NCBI GenBank assembly: GCA_964343705.1
Contig: CAYFJX010000006.1
Coordinates: 90,927-114,926, forward strand
DNA: 24,000 nt
Source of the DNA: an uncultured Methanosarcinales archaeon
GTDB taxonomy: Archaea; Nanobdellota; Nanobdellia; Woesearchaeales; UBA12501
Direction of reading: 5' to 3'
The translations under genes and the position numbers were made by a program. Below are positions 14,890 through 22,803 of this stretch, in pieces (position 1 is the stretch's first letter; each line of letters opens with the position of its first letter). The notes under the pieces were generated by a model that was not told the origin of the DNA, did not search any database, and worked only from the letters and a program-made list of their open reading frames with translations.

Positions 14890-16409
14890 GTTCTACATCC
14901 AAAAATCCAAGCTATGTTCGCAGGGCAGTTCGCGGAGCATCAATCATCTTTCTAATGGGACTCCTCGCAAGCTTCTTTGGCTATTTGCTTAGGTTCTTAT
15001 TGGCTAGGAAGTTAACACCTGAAGAATTTGGATTAATATATTCGATTCTTGCGCTGTTTGGTACTATCCAAGTTTTCAAAGAACTAGGATTACGGCCAGC
15101 ACTGAGCAAACACATATCATCTTTTATGGTGCATAAACAGTTTGGTAAAATCAAAGGAGCCTTTGTCATTGTACTTGCAAAGCAACTTGCCTTAACCGTG
15201 ATTATTGGGAGTGCGTTTATTTTCTTTGCTCGCATACTTGCCAGAGAATACTTTCACACAGCAGGCGCAACCCTGCCAGTGATTATCTACGCCATTGCAT
15301 TCATGATTCATCCTTTGCACGCCATGTTTAAGCCAACGTTTCAAGGCTTTCAATTTATGAAACTCTACTCACTTATTGACTTTTTGAAAATTATTGTTGC
15401 CTTTATTTTTACTGGCTTGTTTCTCATGCTTGGCTATGGTGTCTCAGCGCCAATGATTGCTTATGGTATTGCGTTTGTTGGCTTGCCAGTGTTTGTGTAC
15501 ATGCCTCTCTTGTATCGTCGTGTTAAGAGCATTCCTGGGTTTATGAAAGCAAAAATTGAAGTAAACTTTGGAGTATACAAGAAACTCATGCTCTTTGGAC
15601 TCCCGTTGATTCTTGGCGAGGTTGCAGGGCTTATTATGAGCAATATAGACACCCTTATCTTGACGTATTATTCCCTTACACAAGTTGGCCTGTATAATGT
15701 TGCATTGCCTGTTTCTAAATTGTTATGGCGCTTTGCATCAGCATTCACCACTGTATTGTTTCCTCTGTCTTCAGAGTTGTGGGAGCGAAAAGAAAAAGCA
15801 AAGCTTGAACGTGGCATGCACACGCTTCACAAGTACACCAGCATGATTATCGTGCCTTTGGCAATTATCATGTTCTTCTTTGCAGAAATGATTATTCAAC
15901 TACTTTTTGGCATGCCGTATGTTGGTGCAGCAAATGCTTTAAGGGTGCTGGCACTAGGAAGTATTTTTTACACCATGGCACAAATAAATTTGAGTACCTT
16001 GCTTGGTACAGGCAATCCAGTACTTGTTACTAAACTTACTGTGTTTGTTGGTGTGTTAAACCTAATTGGTAATGTTCTTTTAATCCCGCACTATGGCATG
16101 ATGGGAGCAGTAATCACCACATTCTTGAGCTTTGTATTGTTGTTAATTTTTTCAACCATTAAACTAAATAAGGTTATAACACTTACTCTTCCTTGGAAAA
16201 TCTTTGGCAAGGTCTTGGTGTTAAATGTACTCTTTAGTGGCTTGATTTACTCGTTTGGTTTAATTTTTACTTATCTTGAAGTAAACAGGTGGGCGGCAGC
16301 TGCCATTGTGGTCTTATTGGCCTCAGCATTGTACGTGCTTGGCCTTTTTATCTTCAGAATAGTCAGCAAAAAAGAAATACTCCACTTATGGAAGCTAGTG
16401 GTGAAGTAG
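14886..16409 (+). CDS. Wzx/MOP-superfamily polysaccharide or oligosaccharide flippase
   Basis: The 507-aa protein is polytopic, with roughly 12-14 hydrophobic segments. It overlaps the glycosyltransferase gene as ATGA. Confidence 0.85.
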   Translation: MSSTSKNPSYVRRAVRGASIIFLMGLLASFFGYLLRFLLARKLTPEEFGLIYSILALFGTIQVFKELGLRPALSKHISSFMVHKQFGKIKGAFVIVLAKQLALTVIIGSAFIFFARILAREYFHTAGATLPVIIYAIAFMIHPLHAMFKPTFQGFQFMKLYSLIDFLKIIVAFIFTGLFLMLGYGVSAPMIAYGIAFVGLPVFVYMPLLYRRVKSIPGFMKAKIEVNFGVYKKLMLFGLPLILGEVAGLIMSNIDTLILTYYSLTQVGLYNVALPVSKLLWRFASAFTTVLFPLSSELWERKEKAKLERGMHTLHKYTSMIIVPLAIIMFFFAEMIIQLLFGMPYVGAANALRVLALGSIFYTMAQINLSTLLGTGNPVLVTKLTVFVGVLNLIGNVLLIPHYGMMGAVITTFLSFVLLLIFSTIKLNKVITLTLPWKIFGKVLVLNVLFSGLIYSFGLIFTYLEVNRWAAAAIVVLLASALYVLGLFIFRIVSKKEILHLWKLVVK

Positions 16410-16414
16410 GTAAA

Positions 16415-16446
16415 GGCTTAAATATGATCAGCTAATTCTTGCCCTT
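16415..16446 (+). promoter_or_regulatory. Archaeal-type BRE/TATA promoter (copy 3 of the fixed-spacing TTAAATA architecture)
   Basis: The sequence is GGCTTAAATATGATCAGCTAATTCTTGCCCTT followed by ATG. TTAAATA at 16418-16424 is exactly 29 nt before the ATG at 16447. It shares the GGC prefix and the CCCTT-ATG suffix with copy 1. Confidence 0.55.
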
Positions 16447-17463
16447 ATGGGAAGCTTTGATATACAATTTACACAAGAGGACATTGTTGCACGGGTGCTT
16501 CCCCTGTTTGAGTTGGGTACGGATGAGTGCCTTTCGGAAGCTGCACGTATAACCCACCACTTAGGAGGTCCAACTCATTATGTTCTCATCAGTGCTAGTG
16601 AATTTACCTCTGAGTCAGAGAAGAAGGGTCAACGTCCAACTATCCACCAACGAGCACTTGTTGATATTATTGCCACTACAACTGGTTTTGTTGACTTTAT
16701 GGTTAAAAGATTGCTTGATCTTCCCCTTGACAAAGACCTGTTGAAAACTACTGAATCACGAGCAAAGCGTTACGCACGAGAAATATCCGAGGAAGTGCAA
16801 CGGCTAGATGCCTATAAGCATGTTGCAGAAAACGTGAGGGCACTTGGGGAGATTGCTCCTAGGCGTGAAAAGGATTTAATGCGTGTAGACAATGGAGTGC
16901 GTCTCTTCTTTTACACATACAACCACTTTTTCTCACCAGCTTTTGAACGCGATGTATATAGTCTCCATGATGATATACGACAATATGCTCTTGTTGTTCA
17001 AACTGGAAATGCAGAAGACATCAGATTAAGAACAACACGCCTACCACTCACAGAATTTGCTCTTGATTATTTTACCAATGCTGTTGTGCCATTGCTTTCA
17101 AATGCGTATGATCATGCACTCAATCCAGATAATGATCTTCAAGGGAGGTTAGAGTCAGATGCACGGCGTTTCAGAGTTGATGTAGACTACGAATCTCCTA
17201 AAACACCAACTGGTGAGCTCGTCATAACTGTTAAAGACAATGGCTTTGGCATACAACCAGACGTCTACGAGCGACTCTTTGAACAAGGTGTAACCAGCAA
17301 AACAGATGATACAACCCCCCATGGTATTGGATTGTGGGGAGCAAAAAGGTTTGTTGAAGAACAGGGTGGTCGTATGTGGTGTGAAACAGAACTCGGAGAA
17401 GGCACAACCTTCTCTTTTACTATTCCCTACACTTCATTTGAACATGGTGTGTACAGGCAATGA
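16447..17463 (+). CDS. Soluble orphan histidine kinase (HisKA_3-like H-box plus HATPase_c)
   Basis: The candidate H-box is YSLHDDIRQYAL. The other kinase boxes are N-box LLSNAYDHAL, G1 DNGFGI and G2 GIGLWGAKRFVEEQGG. There is no TM segment and no response regulator in the window. Confidence 0.75.
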   Translation: MGSFDIQFTQEDIVARVLPLFELGTDECLSEAARITHHLGGPTHYVLISASEFTSESEKKGQRPTIHQRALVDIIATTTGFVDFMVKRLLDLPLDKDLLKTTESRAKRYAREISEEVQRLDAYKHVAENVRALGEIAPRREKDLMRVDNGVRLFFYTYNHFFSPAFERDVYSLHDDIRQYALVVQTGNAEDIRLRTTRLPLTEFALDYFTNAVVPLLSNAYDHALNPDNDLQGRLESDARRFRVDVDYESPKTPTGELVITVKDNGFGIQPDVYERLFEQGVTSKTDDTTPHGIGLWGAKRFVEEQGGRMWCETELGEGTTFSFTIPYTSFEHGVYRQ

Positions 17464-17467
17464 AACT

Positions 17468-17794
17468 TTATAATCCTAGATACTTTCTTTTTCTGTCATA
17501 ATACTTGTGTTTATCAAGAAATAACTCAATAAAATACGCGTTTTTTTCTTTTGTTAAGATTCCTCGTATTCTGTTGTCATTTGACTTATAAATAAATGCC
17601 ATGAGATGTCTATGTTTTTTGCATGGTGCAGGTATTTCTGTTCCTTCTTTACAATCTTTTATCCATTCTAATATATCGTTTTGGCGTTCTTCTGTGCAGT
17701 TATTGATAACCTTGTTTACATGGCCATCAAAATTTATAACAACTCCTACAAGCTCTTTTACCCTCAACTTAAATTCTTCAGCTTGCAATGCCAA
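17468..17794 (-). CDS. Hypothetical small protein (~106-108 aa) coupled to the upstream nucleotidyltransferase
   Basis: There is no ATG start. Candidate TTG starts lie at 17794 and 17788, and AGGTGA lies just upstream inside the 3' end of the nucleotidyltransferase gene. The C-terminus reads KNAYFIELFLDKHKYYDRKRKYLGL. I do not recognise a family. Confidence 0.45.
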   Translation of the reverse strand: MALQAEEFKLRVKELVGVVINFDGHVNKVINNCTEERQNDILEWIKDCKEGTEIPAPCKKHRHLMAFIYKSNDNRIRGILTKEKNAYFIELFLDKHKYYDRKRKYLGL

Positions 17795-18668
17795 TCACCT
17801 CTTTAAATGCGCTGACAATATCTTCATAGTATTTTTTGTGTTTTGGATACTCCTTTATTACATCATCATATGATCTGATCAGTTCTTTCATTTCTTTCAA
17901 AGCTTTTCGCTGTGTTGTACTCATTACAACGGCTTGCACAAATATTTTTTTAACAAGTTCTTTAGGTTTTTTTATAGAAAGTAGGACATCGGTTTGCTCT
18001 TTTAGTTGAGGGGAACTTGGGATTTCTGATCTTGAAAGTACCGCTGCTTGCAATAGAAAATCTCTTGCGCTTTTTTTAACTCCTTTGAAGTCTTTAGTAA
18101 GATCTTGGAATAATTCTTGATATAATGAAGTCAAAGTATCAAGGCCTATTTTTTCTGTTATATCTTGCTTTTTAATTTTTTTATTTGAAACACACACCTT
18201 TTGCGCACTCGCAAAAAAAAGCGAGGAGTATACATCTTTGGATAGGTAATTAATATGGTGCTTTCCTTTTTTATAATCATCTTTTTGATATTTGGTAATC
18301 ACAAAAATATCAATATCATTATATTTTTGTGCGTAAAGAAAGCTTCCTGTGATAAATACCTGTTTATTTTTGAATTTTCGTGATAATTTTTTTAGTAGTT
18401 TCTTTGCTTGATCCAATCTTGCTGGCAGTATTTTTTCTCCACCATATACAAAAACATTTTCTGTTTCTTTTTCAACCATTGCGTTGATTGCTTTCATTTT
18501 CCGTGATATTGTTCGTGAGAACTCGTTCTTTTCACTTGAAGTCATTTTTTTATTTGTAAAACGCTTTTCTATGAGTTCAAATTGGTGTTTTGTGAAGATT
18601 ACTGGCACTATACTCTGCTTTATCTTTCTAAACTGTGTAAGATCCACATCATACCCTAATTTTCTCAT
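17778..18668 (-). CDS. Polymerase-beta-superfamily nucleotidyltransferase with a helical C-terminal domain
   Basis: The motif VFITGSFLYAQKYNDIDIFVI fits the GS...DxD nucleotidyltransferase pattern. I prefer the ATG at 18668 (MRKLGYDV), which has TTTATAAATATA about 25-35 nt upstream. The track start at 18734 is a TTG. Confidence 0.65.
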   Translation of the reverse strand: MRKLGYDVDLTQFRKIKQSIVPVIFTKHQFELIEKRFTNKKMTSSEKNEFSRTISRKMKAINAMVEKETENVFVYGGEKILPARLDQAKKLLKKLSRKFKNKQVFITGSFLYAQKYNDIDIFVITKYQKDDYKKGKHHINYLSKDVYSSLFFASAQKVCVSNKKIKKQDITEKIGLDTLTSLYQELFQDLTKDFKGVKKSARDFLLQAAVLSRSEIPSSPQLKEQTDVLLSIKKPKELVKKIFVQAVVMSTTQRKALKEMKELIRSYDDVIKEYPKHKKYYEDIVSAFKEVIGIAS

Positions 18669-18759
18669 AATAATATGTTTATGTATTATTATATTTATAA
18701 AACTTTTGGTTTTCGCTACCTTTTTATGTCTCAAAAACTTTGGATCATCCCTGCAACGC

Positions 18760-18957
18760 TGTCCGTACTGTGGAAAGCCTGAAGAACTTGTGTGGGTGCA
18801 GTAAAGGACAAGAATATTAGATTTCCTTTACTGTTACGAACAGACAACAATTTAATTATTATTGTCTGTGAGTATACATGGTCATGGCCAGTGCAAACAC
18901 TGTGGTGCTAATGTTGAAGAGTGCTGTAGGGGCGAGACGTGTCAGAGTAATCAGTAG
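18760..18957 (+). pseudogene. C(P)XCG-type zinc-ribbon micro-ORF split by a 75-nt in-frame insert that contains stop codons
   Basis: The left half reads CPYCGKPEELVWVQ and ends at TAA 18802-18804. The right half reads HGHGQCKHCGANVEECCRGETCQSNQ and ends at TAG 18955-18957. Both halves are in the same frame (codon starts equal 1 mod 3). The left half has no ATG start. Confidence 0.35.
18801..18869. repeat. Two consecutive perfect 8-bp-stem hairpins inside the zinc-ribbon interruption
   Basis: Hairpin 1 pairs GTAAAGGA (18801-18808) with TCCTTTAC (18824-18831) around a 15-nt loop. Hairpin 2 pairs ACAGACAA (18840-18847) with TTGTCTGT (18862-18869) around a 14-nt loop. Confidence 0.7.
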
Positions 18958-19033
18958 AAATGAACTTCTAAACCGGAAAATCTTCGGGTTTGTCGTCGAA
19001 AAAGTTATAAAGGATGAAAGCAATAAAGGGTGT

Positions 19034-19360
19034 ATGCTTAATTTAACGTTTGAACAGGAAATGAAACTATATGACTGGATTTTTTATAGTTGTATTGCTA
19101 TCATTGTAGTTTGGCTTATTTTGAAAATGACAGGCGTCATCAATACTCCTTTGATTGTACTGTATTTACCTGCAATTGTTGGTGTCCTTGGATTATTTGT
19201 GAGTTTCCACAAAGTGTCAAAATATTTTGGAAGACTCAATGGTGATATCTCCTATTTGAAGGAAGGGGTCAAGGAAGGAAAAGAAGAACGTAAGCACTTG
19301 TCCTCTCAAATTCACAAACTAAATAAAGAATTCCATGGACATCTCAAACAGTTTCATTGA
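19034..19360 (+). CDS. Small two-TM membrane protein with a charged coiled-coil-like C-terminus
   Basis: I prefer the ATG at 19034 (MLNLTFEQEMKLYDWIFYSCIAIIVVWLIL...). The track's N-terminal extension from 18878 overlaps the zinc-ribbon frame and looks non-coding. There are two hydrophobic segments followed by KEGVKEGKEERKHLSSQIHKLNKE. Confidence 0.5.
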   Translation: MLNLTFEQEMKLYDWIFYSCIAIIVVWLILKMTGVINTPLIVLYLPAIVGVLGLFVSFHKVSKYFGRLNGDISYLKEGVKEGKEERKHLSSQIHKLNKEFHGHLKQFH

Positions 19361-19370
19361 GTACTGACTT

Positions 19371-20210
19371 TTATTCTGCCCAGTTTTGAAACAGCATTTG
19401 AGGCATTCTTTCCTTATATTTCTCTCGCAAACCCTTAATTTGATTATACGAAACATCAGTAAACTTTTCAATAAACAATTTTGATAATAATGGGTAATCT
19501 ATCTTATCTGTTGTGTGTAACATACGTGCAGTAGCAAGCCCATACTTGTAGACCATTACAACTTCACTCACAAACTGGTCAAAATAAGGGCTTCCTGGCA
19601 AGGGAGTTACCAAAGGAAGATTCATCTCCCACACATTGTCTTCCTCAGCAAGTCGCTGCGCAAACTCAAGTGTTTCTTCAAGGCTTTCTTTTGTTTCTCC
19701 AGGAAGACCAAGAACAAACGAGGGAAACACGCCAATACCATGCTTTGCAAGTAATTGCACGTCATCAACAAACGCGTCCATAGAGTACCCCCTTTTGTGA
19801 GTTCTATTAGGACTCGGTGAGTCAAACTTAGAATCAGCAAAGTATCTTGATGATTCAACACCAATAAAAACTTGCACACACCCCATGCCTGCGAGGTCAG
19901 CTGCGTATTGTTCAGTAACCATCCCAGGGTACAAGTACATTCTGGTTTGTACATGTTCTAAACTTTGTGGTCGTGCTGCTGCAAGTACTGCAGCTTCTTT
20001 GATAGGGAAAATATCTGCTGTTTCAAAAAACTTGTCAATACCAGCTTCATCATAAAGTTGTTGTATCTCTTCCCAGAATGCTTCAGGTGTTGACCCTCGA
20101 AGGCCTTCAACAGGAATTGCACAATACTCACAGCGTTTTACTCTAAAACAACCACGATATTTTGAGAGGGGAAAAAAGATTGTCCTGATCGCTTTGGTCC
20201 TTGTTTCCAT
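19371..20210 (-). CDS. Radical SAM core domain, the downstream part of a frame-disrupted B12-binding radical SAM enzyme
   Basis: The cluster motif is YRGCFRVKRCEYC, which is CX5CX2C rather than the canonical CX3CX2C. The blocks VFIGVESS and GLPGETKESLEETLEFAQRL are typical of a radical SAM TIM barrel. The Met at 20210 lies just 4 codons after the stop that opens this reading frame. Confidence 0.75.
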   Translation of the reverse strand: METRTKAIRTIFFPLSKYRGCFRVKRCEYCAIPVEGLRGSTPEAFWEEIQQLYDEAGIDKFFETADIFPIKEAAVLAAARPQSLEHVQTRMYLYPGMVTEQYAADLAGMGCVQVFIGVESSRYFADSKFDSPSPNRTHKRGYSMDAFVDDVQLLAKHGIGVFPSFVLGLPGETKESLEETLEFAQRLAEEDNVWEMNLPLVTPLPGSPYFDQFVSEVVMVYKYGLATARMLHTTDKIDYPLLSKLFIEKFTDVSYNQIKGLREKYKERMPQMLFQNWAE

Positions 20211-20689
20211 TCCCAGGGACTTTTAAGATTCTTTAAAGAAATAGGGGGGATTTTTGCCAAGGGTGTTGAGAAATCTGGAAAAGGAAAAGGTTCTTTTCCA
20301 GTCAGCAATTCTATAAATCCTCTTTCACCATCACCAGGTATGGCATAGTCAATGAAATCATTGTTGCGTTTTGCTTTTTCAGCAAGACCAAGCATGTGCG
20401 GTCCTCCAAAAACAATCTTACTTTTTGGATGGTGTGCTTTGACTTTTTCTGCCAATACCAATGCATTGTCGTAATTACTAAACCACGTACCAAAACCAAC
20501 AATGTCAGCGTCAATACTATCAAGAAGCTCTTTGTCACTCATAACATTGCCATCAAACACTTCAACTTCAGCATCAGGCACTTCTTGTTCTGCATACACT
20601 GCCAATGTGAGAAGCCCAAGTGGTGGAATAGGTTGGTCCTGTGTTACTTTCCCTTGACTATGTCTTGAAAATATTAATTGTGCTTTCAT
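20138..20689 (-). CDS. B12 (cobalamin)-binding domain, the upstream part of the same class-B radical SAM enzyme
   Basis: The pattern is PPLGLLTLAVYAEQ...VEVFDGN...DIVGFGTWFSNYDNALVLAEKVKAHHPKSKIVFGGPH...AIPGDGERGFIELL. The ORF overlaps the radical SAM core ORF by 73 nt in a different frame. Its ATG shares one base with the upstream TAA (TAATG). Confidence 0.75.
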   Translation of the reverse strand: MKAQLIFSRHSQGKVTQDQPIPPLGLLTLAVYAEQEVPDAEVEVFDGNVMSDKELLDSIDADIVGFGTWFSNYDNALVLAEKVKAHHPKSKIVFGGPHMLGLAEKAKRNNDFIDYAIPGDGERGFIELLTGKEPFPFPDFSTPLAKIPPISLKNLKSPWEWKQGPKRSGQSFFPSQNIVVVLE

Positions 20690-21510
20690 TATTCCATCTC
20701 AAATGTTATCAGATAAAATTCTCGTGGACTATAATCTAGCTCTATGCCTTGCTCTCGTAATCCTGTATCAATTGCTTGTGCAGGAATAACATCATGACGT
20801 AGCACTTTGAAGCCAGGAAGCATTCTTTGTATCTCATACTCATCAATAAACTCTTCAGGAGGATGACTATGGCCAATTCGTACGTCATCTATTGCACGAC
20901 ACGCTGCAATAACATCAGCGTACTGTTCTGGATCTTCACGTATTCGTTTGGTGAATTGGACGTCGCCTATGACTGCATACCTTTTTTTTTCTAATTGTGT
21001 GGTCATTCGATCAAGCTCTTTCCCAAATGCTTCTTTACTTCCAAGACTAAGTGCAATTTCATGGGCTGCTTTAAGTATGAAAACAACCCCTCCATAATAC
21101 TTGTATCTTTCATTAGGAATATCTTGCATTCCTAGGCTTTCAGACTGATACAATACACTAACATATCCTGGTGGGGTAGGAGATCCCCGTAATCCATACC
21201 CTTCGCCAGGAATTCTTGGTCTTGTTTTTCCTAACTCTGAAGGTTCATAACCCTGTATTGACGCGTCAATCCCTGCTTCATGAAATAGTTCAGCCAAAAC
21301 TCCTGTGCCAGAGCCAATGTCTATAACATGTGGAAGTAAGCTAAGTCTTCTTTGTCTTGCATACTCAGCAGTCATGCCCCATCGTCCTGCAACAGCTTCA
21401 GGACTAAAAAATTCTTTTAAATGCTCTATAACCAGATCATAGAATTCAGTATCTCCTCTAACAAAACGTTCATTATACTCAGTCCCGTCCATTTCGTTAA
21501 ACTTACTCAT
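20689..21510 (-). CDS. Class I SAM-dependent methyltransferase
   Basis: Motif I reads VIDIGSGTGVLAELF, followed by an acidic post-I residue. The gene overlaps the upstream gene as ATGA. Confidence 0.75.
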   Translation of the reverse strand: MSKFNEMDGTEYNERFVRGDTEFYDLVIEHLKEFFSPEAVAGRWGMTAEYARQRRLSLLPHVIDIGSGTGVLAELFHEAGIDASIQGYEPSELGKTRPRIPGEGYGLRGSPTPPGYVSVLYQSESLGMQDIPNERYKYYGGVVFILKAAHEIALSLGSKEAFGKELDRMTTQLEKKRYAVIGDVQFTKRIREDPEQYADVIAACRAIDDVRIGHSHPPEEFIDEYEIQRMLPGFKVLRHDVIPAQAIDTGLREQGIELDYSPREFYLITFEME

Positions 21511-22205
21511 CGTGGTATCAACTGATAAATTGAAAAAGTTCCTTGCTGTAATCCAGTATCTACTTCTTGTTGTTTCAATTCATGTACGTCATAGCCGTGC
21601 TTCGGCCCGTGCACTGCTGGATTATTTCCTTCTCCAGCAAAATGAAAAAATGGGTGTAGCAAATACCCACCAGGTACAAGATGGTGCTTTGCATCGTGTA
21701 AAAAACATTGAAGCAAAGGTCCAGGGTCAAGCATAGCATGTGAAACAGGAAATTCTGAAAAAGGCCAGCCATGAAAAAAAGGATGGTTGAATGTGATTAC
21801 ATCTGCACGCTCAGGAACATTTTCAAATAAATGTCCTTGGCGCACTTTACAGATATCACTCAAATCATAATTTGCTACATTTTCACGAGAATTTGTAACT
21901 GCGGCATCCATGATGTCAGTGAGGTACACCTGGCTTGCCCCACCCATTGCCATAACAATGCCTTGTATCCCCGAACCACAACCCATATCTATTGCAACTT
22001 TTCCTGTGTAATGCTCTGGGTGTGTATGTAAGTATCGTGCAAACTGCACTGCAGTCATAACTTCAGGACGAAGTACACCCGGGTGTACAACAAACCCTGC
22101 GAGAGTTGCTCTTTCATCCAATTCAATATCTATTTCATACTTATCATGCTGGTGCTGCTCAATCTGCTGACATACATGTTCCTCTTGTTCTGGTGTGAGT
22201 GTCAT
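21507..22205 (-). CDS. Class I SAM-dependent methyltransferase of the HemK/PrmC/RsmC-like 'small domain' type
   Basis: The protein has VHPGVLRPEVMT, motif I VAIDMGCGSGIQGIV and motif IV ITFNHPFF (a variant of the (D/N)PPY/F motif). I prefer the ATG at 22205 (MTLTPEQ), which forms an ATGA overlap with the upstream stop at 22202-22204. Confidence 0.75.
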   Translation of the reverse strand: MTLTPEQEEHVCQQIEQHQHDKYEIDIELDERATLAGFVVHPGVLRPEVMTAVQFARYLHTHPEHYTGKVAIDMGCGSGIQGIVMAMGGASQVYLTDIMDAAVTNSRENVANYDLSDICKVRQGHLFENVPERADVITFNHPFFHGWPFSEFPVSHAMLDPGPLLQCFLHDAKHHLVPGGYLLHPFFHFAGEGNNPAVHGPKHGYDVHELKQQEVDTGLQQGTFSIYQLIPR

Positions 22206-22756
22206 TGTACAATACATGGTCTTTTCATTTCTTCAATCACCTTTGCATAACATTCCATTCCTTGCCAGTGCCATCGTAATGCTTGCGCAATTCTCACTGG
22301 TGTTTCTCCATATGCTTCTACTATGCCTCTGATGGGAAACCAAGTGTCATTTCCTTTTCGTGCTGGATGTGCTCTGTCAAACACTGGTAAAGGAACATTT
22401 CCCACTATCAATGGTTTGCGTAATCTATAAGCATCTTTGAGAAGTAAACCCTCAGCACCATACCTTCCTTCGTCAAGCCAATACTTACTTCTTTTCCCCA
22501 TCCCCTGCACAATGCCAAAAATAGTATCAATGCCTTTGCCGCCATGGTGGCCTCGTTTTGTCTTGAAAATGATAAGTTCATCTTCTTTGAGTTTTGCCAT
22601 ATCTTCCAACGTGCTTTGAATTATTCTTGGATTTTGACGCCGCTGTTGTTCTGCTTTTATAGTAGCTTCTCTTTCTAGCTTTCGCTTACATCTCTCTTCT
22701 TCAGCTCTTCGTAAAGAGCTTGTCTGTTCATCATATTGTGCTTCGTCGTATGTCAT
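22202..22756 (-). CDS. Hypothetical 184-aa protein with a charged helical N-terminus and a globular C-terminal domain
   Basis: The ORF is intact and in operon position. The N-terminus reads LRRAEEERCKRKLEREATIKAEQQRRQ, and the C-terminal region reads KTKRGHHGGKGIDTIFGIVQGMGK...WFPIRGIVEAYGETP. I do not recognise a family. Confidence 0.55.
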   Translation of the reverse strand: MTYDEAQYDEQTSSLRRAEEERCKRKLEREATIKAEQQRRQNPRIIQSTLEDMAKLKEDELIIFKTKRGHHGGKGIDTIFGIVQGMGKRSKYWLDEGRYGAEGLLLKDAYRLRKPLIVGNVPLPVFDRAHPARKGNDTWFPIRGIVEAYGETPVRIAQALRWHWQGMECYAKVIEEMKRPCIVQ

Positions 22757-22803
22757 TGTTCAAAGGTTTTATACAACTCTATTCATTTTTCAAAATCAAA
22801 AAA

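Noticed and set aside
18484-18759. Upstream part of the 106-aa track ORF 18484..18804
   Set aside because: Most of it is antisense to the nucleotidyltransferase gene and its promoter and reads as hydrophobic low-complexity sequence. Only the terminal zinc-ribbon-like codons look meaningful.
18878-19033. N-terminal extension of track ORF 18878..19360
   Set aside because: It overlaps the zinc-ribbon frame and has odd composition. The hydrophobic protein more plausibly starts at the ATG at 19034.
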